The notes under the pieces: model-generated | What the model was told of the DNA's origin: nothing | The model's input: only the letters and a program-made list of their open reading frames with translations | Database searches by the model: none | Shown here: positions 56,263 through 64,000 of the stretch, piece by piece | Numbering within the stretch: position 1 is the stretch's first letter | Layout of the letters: the number at the start of each line of letters is the position of its first letter | Position numbers and translations under genes: made by a program | Assembly: GCA_903823025.1 (NCBI GenBank) | Contig: CAIJRK010000062.1 | Span: 1,710-65,709, forward strand | Direction of reading: 5' to 3' | DNA: 64,000 nt | Source: an uncultured beta proteobacterium | GTDB taxonomy: Bacteria; Pseudomonadota; Gammaproteobacteria; Burkholderiales; Burkholderiaceae_C

Positions 56263-56266
56263 ATTT

Positions 56267-57163
56267 ATGAAGATCAATAGAGAAAAAGCTACTTTTGGAC
56301 AACATGAAACCTTTCCATTACGTTATGGCTGGATGACGAAAGGAATTGAAGCAGTTACCAAAGCACCTAGTATTTTTACCACGCCTGAAAAAGCGATGAT
56401 TGAATTAGGAATAGGCAGCAACATGGTTAATGCGCTGCAATACTGGTTACGTGTTACTGGTATTGTTCGCTTTGAACAAGGCATATGCTCCGTCACTAGC
56501 CTTGGCAAGGTTCTTCTTGGTGATGAAGGTGATCCGTATCTGGAAGATGAAGCTACTCTTTGGATAATCCATTGGTTGATAGCATCAAATGCAGAACTTG
56601 CTACCGGATTTTTCTGGTTTTTTAATTACTTTGTTACGCCGCGCTTTCAAGATAAAGATACGTTGCAAGCTTTGGGCGAATTTGTCTCATTAGAACTCAA
56701 AGCAAATCGTTCACACAGCACGCTTAAGTCAGATATTTCGACACTTTTTCGTATGTACGCGCCAGCAACAGGCAAGGCGGACGAACACCTTGATTCGCCG
56801 CTTTCTCAATTGCAGTTGGTTGACAGGGAAGAGGGATATGGACATTGCAGCGTGCGCCGTGCGCGCCCGTTTCTACCATCAATTGCACTGCATTTTGCAC
56901 TGCAGGCGTGCTTTTCTGCACAGCCAGAACAGCCCGCCCTTTCAATCCGAGCACTCCTGTACGGCGGTGAGGGTCGTGCTGCTCCTGGTGCGATCTTTCG
57001 TTTGAATGAAGAGGGATTCATGAGCGCACTGGCGCGTGTCATTGCGTCTTACCCTGACATTTATGAGTTGCGTGAAACTGCTGGCTTGCATCAACTTTAC
57101 CGCCGTAACAAGACCAGCGATGCTGTGCCCGTGTTGCGTGCCTATTATCAAAAGGCTGCTTAA
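56267..57163 (+). CDS. sspB: DUF4007 protein (SspB nicking endonuclease)
   Basis: FGQHETFPLRYGWMTKG, LGIGSNMVNALQYWL, DPYLEDEATLWIIHW, GAIFRLNEE, ETAGLHQL. Confidence 0.87.
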   Translation: MKINREKATFGQHETFPLRYGWMTKGIEAVTKAPSIFTTPEKAMIELGIGSNMVNALQYWLRVTGIVRFEQGICSVTSLGKVLLGDEGDPYLEDEATLWIIHWLIASNAELATGFFWFFNYFVTPRFQDKDTLQALGEFVSLELKANRSHSTLKSDISTLFRMYAPATGKADEHLDSPLSQLQLVDREEGYGHCSVRRARPFLPSIALHFALQACFSAQPEQPALSIRALLYGGEGRAAPGAIFRLNEEGFMSALARVIASYPDIYELRETAGLHQLYRRNKTSDAVPVLRAYYQKAA

Positions 57164-60100
57164 TGGCTAGCTTAAACCATCAAATTCATATCCGTTCAAC
57201 CTATACGCGCTCAATTAATTTACAACGTGATAGTGATAATCTAGAGCTAATTCAGGCATACGTGCTTACGTCCAAGGCAATTCAGGCACTTGAGCGAATT
57301 GCGGAAGGTTTTACGTCGGTAGCGCATGAAAGATCATTGGCTTTAATTGGTCCCTATGGTTCTGGGAAATCGGCTTTTGCGCTTTTCCTATCGGTTTTGC
57401 TGAATGCAGGAAAGTGTGCTGCACACAGAGTTGCGCTTACCAAACTTCAAATAAGCGCACCGCATCTCTTTCCTGTTTTTCAAAAAACGCTGGTTGGTCG
57501 GAGAGGATTTCTGCGGGTTGTAATCAACGGCATTCCGACCTCCCTGAAGCAGCAAGTGATGTCTGCACTTGCACTCGCAGTGGAGCGAGAAAAAATCAAC
57601 CCACGTCTTGTCGCTAAAATTCGCGCGGCGGTGTTGGCGGACGCGGCAATGGATAAGCTCATCTTGCTTTTTGGCGATGTACAAAATGCATGGGCTTTGA
57701 TTGGCGGCAGTGGCGTCTTGCTTGAAATCGACGAACTAGGCAAGTTCTTGGAGTATGAGTCTTATCATCCGCAGCATAGCGAAATACACCTGTTGCAATT
57801 ACTTGCGGAACATGCTCAGCAAGCCCACGCAGCACCCCTGCATTTGGTGGTAATGCTGCATCAGGCTTTTGAGGAATACACCAACAGAGTGGGCAAACAC
57901 TTACGTGATGAATGGCAAAAAGTGCAGGGTCGTTTTAGTGCTATTGCTTTTCTAGAGCCTGCAGAGCAGGCGCTGCGTGTGGTATCGGCTGCTTTTGACA
58001 GTAATCACGTACTATTGCCAGCGACAAGAACTGCAGTCGATGTGATCACCGAAACACTGGTACGCGAAGGTGCTCTAGCGTATGGACTCAAGGCAAACCA
58101 AGCACGAAAATTATTCAAAAGTTGCTATCCGCTACATCCCTTGACAACGTTGATTCTGCCAGTGCTGTGTCAGAAGGTTGCACAAAACGAACGCACCATG
58201 TTTTCTTATCTCAGCAGCAAAGAGCCGTTTGGACTCTGCCTGCGGCTTGAGCAGATTACTTCTGGCGACTGGATTGAGCCATCCGAGTTGTATGACTATT
58301 TCATCCATAACCAGATGGGCGGATTCTCAGATCCGCTAACTTACCATCGTTGGATGGAAGTTATCACCGCGCTGGAACGCTTTGATGCGGAACCATCTGA
58401 CGCAGCCGTGCGGTTGCTCAAAACAATCGGTGTATTGAATTTGATTGGTGCACAGCGTGGGCTGAAAGCCAGCCCCGCGCTGTTGAAATGCCTGTTTAGT
58501 GACAAATTTGATGAGTTAATTACAAGACTAGAACAAGCCTCTGTCATTCATTATCGTAGTTACAGTCAAGAATATCGAGTCTGGCAAGGTACTGACTTTG
58601 ACTTAAGCGGGGCGCTGCGCGCTGTTGTTGCCGAATTTTCGAGTTTGCCGCTGGTGCAAACTTTGAATCAGTTGGCACTGATGAAGCCCATCGTCGCACG
58701 CCGTGCAAGCATTGTTACTGGATCCCTGCGGTGCTTCATTCCCCGCTTTATTGATCAGCATACGCGTTCGGATGATGTCGAAGGTGATGGTAAAACCGGG
58801 TTGCGACTTTGGTTTTATCTTGCAGAGAGCGATGAGCAACAGCCGAATCTAGCAGATCTATCTGAATTCGATGTTGTCGCAGTTTGTCAGTTCACCGAGC
58901 GTCTGCGTGAATCGGTCATCAACACCATGGCGTTGCGTGAGTTGCCAAAACGCCATGCGACTCTGCATAACGATCCAGTTGCCCAGCGTGAGCATCGCGC
59001 ATGGCTTGCCAATGCGGAAGCAGAAACAGAGCAATTGTTTCGCACGCTGCTCAATGAGCCTAACCAGCTGTGCTGGTTTTGGGGCCGCAATGAAGCGCGG
59101 GTGCTTAACCGGCGTGATTTGCAAGAACATCTATCCGATTGGGCGCAGGAACATTGTTTTTCAAAATCACCTCACTTGCGTAATGAACTGATTAATTGGG
59201 ACTCGCCTTCTCCAAGCGCTAACACCGGGCGCAAGCGGTTGCTAGTTGCAATGCTCAGTGCTGCTGATCAGGTCAATCTTGGCATTGAAAAAACACCGGC
59301 TGAGATGAGTCTGTATTTGTCGCTACTGAAGGCTAGCCACCTGCATCGCCAAGAAAACGGGCGGTGGGGTTTTCACGCTCCTGATAAGGAAGACCCTTGC
59401 CGACTCAAGGAAGTGTGGCACGCTATCATGCGCTTGCTTGGCAATAGCGGCGGGCGCCAAGTACAAATATCGGCAATCTACCAACACCTGCGTAGTGCGC
59501 CGTTTGGCGTCAAATTAGGCGTATTGCCGGTGTTGATCGTCGCTTATCTGCTCGCCCATCGTCGCGAAGTTGCTCTTTATCAAGAGGGCAGTTTTTGTGA
59601 CACATTGACAATGGACCAAGCCGAGTTGTTATGCCGCCGTCCCGAGCTGTTCGCCATTGAGCGCTTTGATATGGCGGGATTGCGCGGAAACTTATTCAAC
59701 CGCTATATCAGTTCAGTGGTAGGCGAAGTCAGAGAAGACGCTTCTCTACTCGATATTGTTCGACCACTTGTGCAATTCATTTCAAATCTTCCGCTTTACA
59801 CCAGGCAATGTAAAGGCTTGAGCAAAGAAGCTATGCAGGTACGCGACGCTTTTTCTAATGCAAAAAGTCCAGGCGTGCTGTTGTTTGAAGCGCTACCCCA
59901 AGCGTGTGGCTTGGCACATGGTGCCTTTTCTTCCAACGACCCGTCCATCGTAGAGCAATTTATAGACCACCTTGTACGCGTCTTGCGCGAGTTGAAAGAC
60001 GCGTATGCGTTGATGCTGAAAGGGTGGCAAAGTGCCCTCAATCTTTCATTATTAGATGAAGAAATTCCTCAGCTGTCGCTATTGCGCCAGACACTTGCAC

Positions 60101-60561
60101 GCCGTTACCTCGACCTTGAACGCTACACCCCAGATCGTATGGGCGCTGGGGCGTTGATTTGTCGACTTGGTGAGACAAGTCACAGTTCAGACCAGGCATG
60201 GCTTGAGTCTTTGGGAACCTTGCTTGGCCGTGTACCGCCCCATAAATGGCGCGAAGAAAACCGACTGCAAGCCGAATTGCGTTTGCATGAGATGGCGGAG
60301 AAATTGCGTGAACTTGAGCAATTGCGTTTGGCCGTGCCTGGACACTTGAATTCTGCGAATGGGACATTGCTGGTGAAGATGGTGGATGCCGAGCGCGGAG
60401 AGTTTAGCCGCGTGATACAGGTTTCTAGCGCGCAAAGGGCTGTCGCCGTCACCAATGCTGACAAAGTTGCCAAGAGTTTGGTTGGACTTGACGAGGCTGC
60501 ACAGCTAGCGGTCGTCGCCATTTTGCTGGAGCGCCTGTCTAAGACTGTTTCTAAATTGTGA
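57163..60561 (+). CDS. sspC: Large P-loop ATPase (SspC)
   Basis: YTRSINLQRD, GPYGSGKS Walker A, IDELGKFLE, EWQKVQGRF, YPLHP, AQNERTMFSYL; 1132 aa between DUF4007 and the PAPS reductase. Confidence 0.85.
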   Translation: MASLNHQIHIRSTYTRSINLQRDSDNLELIQAYVLTSKAIQALERIAEGFTSVAHERSLALIGPYGSGKSAFALFLSVLLNAGKCAAHRVALTKLQISAPHLFPVFQKTLVGRRGFLRVVINGIPTSLKQQVMSALALAVEREKINPRLVAKIRAAVLADAAMDKLILLFGDVQNAWALIGGSGVLLEIDELGKFLEYESYHPQHSEIHLLQLLAEHAQQAHAAPLHLVVMLHQAFEEYTNRVGKHLRDEWQKVQGRFSAIAFLEPAEQALRVVSAAFDSNHVLLPATRTAVDVITETLVREGALAYGLKANQARKLFKSCYPLHPLTTLILPVLCQKVAQNERTMFSYLSSKEPFGLCLRLEQITSGDWIEPSELYDYFIHNQMGGFSDPLTYHRWMEVITALERFDAEPSDAAVRLLKTIGVLNLIGAQRGLKASPALLKCLFSDKFDELITRLEQASVIHYRSYSQEYRVWQGTDFDLSGALRAVVAEFSSLPLVQTLNQLALMKPIVARRASIVTGSLRCFIPRFIDQHTRSDDVEGDGKTGLRLWFYLAESDEQQPNLADLSEFDVVAVCQFTERLRESVINTMALRELPKRHATLHNDPVAQREHRAWLANAEAETEQLFRTLLNEPNQLCWFWGRNEARVLNRRDLQEHLSDWAQEHCFSKSPHLRNELINWDSPSPSANTGRKRLLVAMLSAADQVNLGIEKTPAEMSLYLSLLKASHLHRQENGRWGFHAPDKEDPCRLKEVWHAIMRLLGNSGGRQVQISAIYQHLRSAPFGVKLGVLPVLIVAYLLAHRREVALYQEGSFCDTLTMDQAELLCRRPELFAIERFDMAGLRGNLFNRYISSVVGEVREDASLLDIVRPLVQFISNLPLYTRQCKGLSKEAMQVRDAFSNAKSPGVLLFEALPQACGLAHGAFSSNDPSIVEQFIDHLVRVLRELKDAYALMLKGWQSALNLSLLDEEIPQLSLLRQTLARRYLDLERYTPDRMGAGALICRLGETSHSSDQAWLESLGTLLGRVPPHKWREENRLQAELRLHEMAEKLRELEQLRLAVPGHLNSANGTLLVKMVDAERGEFSRVIQVSSAQRAVAVTNADKVAKSLVGLDEAAQLAVVAILLERLSKTVSKL

Positions 60562-60638
60562 CATCAGCTAAAAATATAAACGAATAGATTGAAGTAAAAA
60601 TCTCGTATATTTATTATCGTATTAAAAAGGATTTAATA

Positions 60639-61454
60639 ATGAGTGAGATAGTTAACAAAAAGCCAGTACGTCATTTATTAGGACTATCAGGTGGAAAAGA
60701 TAGTTCTGCACTGGCGATTTATTTGAGAGACAAAGTTCCTGAGATGGAGTACTTTTTTAGCGACACAGGCGCTGAATTGCCGGAAACTTTAGAGTTTATA
60801 GATATGCTTGAGGATTACCTAGGTAAGCCAATTGTTCGATTAAATGCCGGTCGAGATTTTGATTATTATTTAAAGCTAAATGGAAATTTTTTACCAACTG
60901 CACAAGCAAGATGGTGCACTATAAATTTAAAAATAAAGCCATTTGAAGAATATGTTGGAAATGATGAAGCAATCACATACGTTGGCATACGAGCTGATGA
61001 AACTTATCGTCAAGGTTATCTTTCAAAGAAAAAAAATATTTCTGCAAGATATCCATTTATTGAAGATGGAATAGCAAAAGATGATGTTTTTGAGATATTA
61101 AAATTATCTGGCATTGGTGTACCAAAATATTATGAATGGCGAAGTCGATCCGGCTGTTATTTTTGCTTTTTTCAAAGAAAAGATGAATGGGTTGGATTAA
61201 ATGAAAGACATCCTGATTTATATAAAAAAGCAATGTCATATGAAGATTTTCATAAGGAAAATGGCAGAGATCACACCTGGTCTCAGGGGGAACGTCTTGA
61301 GAATCTAATGAAAAGATCTATAGAAATTAAAAACAATGCGAATGTACAAAAAAATGCTGAAGCAAGCAAGCCAAAAAAGAAACTTTTAGATAAATTTTCT
61401 GATGATGATGATAATAGTAGTGATGATGACTCATGTTTAATGTGTCATTTATAG
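60639..61454 (+). CDS. sspD: PAPS-reductase-family ATP pyrophosphatase (SspD)
   Basis: LSGGKDSSALA PP-loop, DTGAELPET, RWCT, YVGIRADE, RSRSGCYFCFFQRKDEW, C-terminal CLMCHL. Confidence 0.88.
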   Translation: MSEIVNKKPVRHLLGLSGGKDSSALAIYLRDKVPEMEYFFSDTGAELPETLEFIDMLEDYLGKPIVRLNAGRDFDYYLKLNGNFLPTAQARWCTINLKIKPFEEYVGNDEAITYVGIRADETYRQGYLSKKKNISARYPFIEDGIAKDDVFEILKLSGIGVPKYYEWRSRSGCYFCFFQRKDEWVGLNERHPDLYKKAMSYEDFHKENGRDHTWSQGERLENLMKRSIEIKNNANVQKNAEASKPKKKLLDKFSDDDDNSSDDDSCLMCHL

Positions 61455-61460
61455 AAATTC

Positions 61461-63773
61461 ATGGAAAAAATAATTTCTAAATTTAATAAAATTATAATCG
61501 GTAAAAATAATAAAAATTATTCACCACATAAACCTATATTAATTTTAATATCTTTGCATAAGTGTTTTTATGGAAAAGATAGGTTAGTTAAATTTTCTGA
61601 ATATGAGGAATTATTTGAATTGATATCAAATGCATTTGATATAAAAATAATTCTTCAGTATCCATTTATTAGATTGGTCTCAGATGGAATATGGGAGGTT
61701 GAAAATTTTAATAACTTATTAAAAAATAAGTCAGGCGATGTTTCAAGAAAAATATTAATTGATCTGGAAATTAGGGGCGGTTTTACGCATCAACTATATA
61801 AGTTTTTATTTGAAAATAAAAATACTTTATTGTTGATTTATGAAAATGTGTTGACGAAATTTTTTGAAAAAGAGAAGCAAAGTATTATTAGTAATATACT
61901 TAAATTTCCAGCTTATTGTATTTCAAAAAATTATTTAGAAAAAGATATAAAAATTAGGGAGGTTTCAATGTCCTACGCCGAAGAAGTTAATCCTAGAAAA
62001 ATAAATAATAACGGTTTTATCTCTTATCTAAATTCTTTGCATAATATACAGGCAAGCGGAGCTAATGCATTAGCAGAATCACAAGTTCTAAATCCTTATT
62101 TTTTAGAACTATATAAACCGTTTCCATTAGTTGATATAGTTTTCAATGCTCTGATTGATGATGTTCCGCGCGTTATAGTACTTACTGGCCATGCTGGTGA
62201 TGGAAAATCGACGATAGCATTTGATGTTTTGAAGAAATTGCGTAGTCTTGCCAGCGATAAAGCGCTTGATACTGCGATCAACGAACGGGAAGACATCCCT
62301 CATGCAAGTGGACCTGTTTCAATTATTAAAGATATGAGTGAGCTAACTGCTGCGCAACGTTTGATATGGTTAGGGCAAGCGTTTAATGAGGTGGGCTGTT
62401 GGTTGATTGTAAGCAATACGGGGCCATTACTTAATAGTTTAAATGAGTATGCAAAATTAATTAATAAAGATGATTATCTTGAAAGCGAAATATTAGAATT
62501 ACTTAACCAGCCGTATGAAGGCGGCAGTCTAGATCGATATACGCTCCCCGGTTTTTCAAAAGAATTAGTTGTTTTGAATATGGCAAGATTGGATAACGTA
62601 AATCTTGGTGCAAGTTTGTTGACACGCATGCTTGAGCACTCTGCATGGGATGAATGCGACGGGTGCGAAGCAAAATCTATCTGTCCATTAAGGCAGAATC
62701 GTGAAGCGTTACAGCAAGCTGGAGAGATTGTGGAGGATAGGATACGCTGGGTTTACCAGCGTATTACTGCTTATGAGCAGCGTTTAACTTTGCGTCAAAT
62801 GGTGGGTCATTTGGCATTGAGTCTGACTGGCGGTATGAGTTGCGCAACTATACGTAGTAATAATTTAGACAGTGGGGTTGATGGCTTAGAAGAAATTCTA
62901 TTCAGCGAAAATTTTTTCGGTTGCAGACGTGGTGTACCTTGGATCGAGGCTGAAGAATTACGGGTGATCAAGTTGATACGTAATCTGGTATTCGGTGGCC
63001 CAATAGCCCCGAATTTTGAGCGACTATTTTTTACCCCACAAGTAGATTCATGGATAGCGATGCCTACTGCATTATTAGATATTCAAACGAAATGGAATAT
63101 TGGTGCTCGTGATTCAACCGGTATTCGGTGGCGTTTCGCTTTACGCCGTATGATTTATTTTTTCGCATATACAGTTAATAAAAATAAAATTTTAGAGTCA
63201 GTATTTATAGATACATTTCTTCAATCAGCTAAGTTACGTAGTCTTGATAAATGGCAGCAGGAATGCAGTTTTCAATCATCGACAACAAGCGAACAAAATA
63301 AATTAAAAAAAGAATGTTTACAGGTATTACTTGAGACTTATTCAGGTTTCAGCGCAGGACAGTTTGACTCCCATCAAGGACGGTTATATCTTACTTTACG
63401 CCGCCCAGATCGAACTGTGGTTCAGCCAACTCAATTAGTTGTAGCAGAGTTAGATTATTATGATTTCTCGATAGAATATGATTCTGAACGCAGAATTCCA
63501 TTTTTACGATTTAAACCAAACAAAACTGACCTTCTATTAACTTTGCCGCTCCTTGATTATATTAATGCCAGAAGCATTGGGAATTTTGGTAATAGTTTAG
63601 CGCCTATTCATCTTGCTCAACTAGAAATTTTTCGTGCATCATTGCTGATATTTTTTAATAACCGTGGCTATATAGATGGAGAAATAGATCTTCTTTGTGC
63701 AGAAATTGATGGAAGTGTAAAATTACATAGATATTTTTTAGATGAAAATAACAATAACCTAGAGCTACGTTAA
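61461..63773 (+). CDS. SspF/DndF-like P-loop ATPase with in-frame N-terminal ScoMcrA-type sulfur-binding domain (SBD)
   Basis: aa 1-~150: SPHKPILIL, QYPFIRLVSDGIWEV, RGGF...LTKFF (SBD-HNH family motifs). From aa 170: FISYLNSL...GANALAESQ, LTGHAGDGKST, IIKDMSE, IVSNTGPL, RLTLRQMVGHLA. Confidence 0.75.
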   Translation: MEKIISKFNKIIIGKNNKNYSPHKPILILISLHKCFYGKDRLVKFSEYEELFELISNAFDIKIILQYPFIRLVSDGIWEVENFNNLLKNKSGDVSRKILIDLEIRGGFTHQLYKFLFENKNTLLLIYENVLTKFFEKEKQSIISNILKFPAYCISKNYLEKDIKIREVSMSYAEEVNPRKINNNGFISYLNSLHNIQASGANALAESQVLNPYFLELYKPFPLVDIVFNALIDDVPRVIVLTGHAGDGKSTIAFDVLKKLRSLASDKALDTAINEREDIPHASGPVSIIKDMSELTAAQRLIWLGQAFNEVGCWLIVSNTGPLLNSLNEYAKLINKDDYLESEILELLNQPYEGGSLDRYTLPGFSKELVVLNMARLDNVNLGASLLTRMLEHSAWDECDGCEAKSICPLRQNREALQQAGEIVEDRIRWVYQRITAYEQRLTLRQMVGHLALSLTGGMSCATIRSNNLDSGVDGLEEILFSENFFGCRRGVPWIEAEELRVIKLIRNLVFGGPIAPNFERLFFTPQVDSWIAMPTALLDIQTKWNIGARDSTGIRWRFALRRMIYFFAYTVNKNKILESVFIDTFLQSAKLRSLDKWQQECSFQSSTTSEQNKLKKECLQVLLETYSGFSAGQFDSHQGRLYLTLRRPDRTVVQPTQLVVAELDYYDFSIEYDSERRIPFLRFKPNKTDLLLTLPLLDYINARSIGNFGNSLAPIHLAQLEIFRASLLIFFNNRGYIDGEIDLLCAEIDGSVKLHRYFLDENNNNLELR

Positions 63774-64000
63774 TGAATAACAAAAAATTATCTACAGTAG
63801 ATCAGGATATTTTAAAACGTTTTCCAATTAATAAAGAAAGTAGTGAATCAAATTCAGAAGAATGCAATCCTGCAATATTATTGTATGGCAGACGATTTTA
63901 TAAAGATCAAACATTAGTTGAGTACCTTTCAGAGTTTTTATTAGCCTTCTCATCTCCAAAAAAAGTAAATGGTGATTATTCATATAAATTCAATATAGGA
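63773..64000 (+). CDS. Start of the next PT-restriction gene (SspG-like by position), truncated by the window end
   Basis: TAATG stop/start overlap; open frame to the edge: MNNKKLSTVDQDILKRFP...NPAILLYGRRFYKDQTLVEYLSEFLLAFSSPK. Identity inferred from synteny only. Confidence 0.6.
   Translation, partial: MNNKKLSTVDQDILKRFPINKESSESNSEECNPAILLYGRRFYKDQTLVEYLSEFLLAFSSPKKVNGDYSYKFNIG

Overview
Betaproteobacterial chromosomal window (Comamonadaceae-like by gene content; an inference). It has four blocks. (1) 1-1965: decayed defence remnant. It holds an HNH endonuclease cut by the window edge, 5'- and 3'-truncated type III R-M fragments and an ORF6N gene. (2) ~2190-39620: a ~37-kb sulfur-starvation/organosulfur-scavenging region. 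It encodes nine FMNH2-dependent monooxygenases (SsuD, SfnG, two DszA/NtaA-like LLMs, five SfnB/DszC-like acyl-CoA-dehydrogenase-fold enzymes), one FMN reductase and a TauD/AtsK dioxygenase. It also has four ABC importers, a RibA-RibH2 pair, the sigma54 activator SfnR with recognisable -24/-12 promoters and TGTTG-N6-CAACA enhancers, an inserted MNT-HEPN toxin-antitoxin pair, and a rhodanese-cysK-cysE-XRE-family 2A encapsulin-cysteine desulfurase operon followed 9 bp later by an EAL gene. (3) ~40580-54180: housekeeping/envelope genes (srkA, orphan MshEN GspE ATPase, cytochrome c peroxidase, PilZ, lpoB lipoprotein operon, nodIJ-like ABC, purT). (4) ~54200-64000: IS5-family debris, then an Ssp-type DNA phosphorothioation defence island (sspABCD followed by sspF- and sspG-like genes, cut by the window end). 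Most notable: the SspF-like ATPase carries an in-frame N-terminal ScoMcrA-type sulfur-binding (PT-reader) domain; a Cys-codon leader peptide lies inside a terminator-like hairpin upstream of an amino-acid ABC importer; an EAL gene is coupled to the encapsulin operon; and ribA-ribH2 appears to sit in the SfnR/sigma54 regulon. All assignments come from motif reading without database searches.
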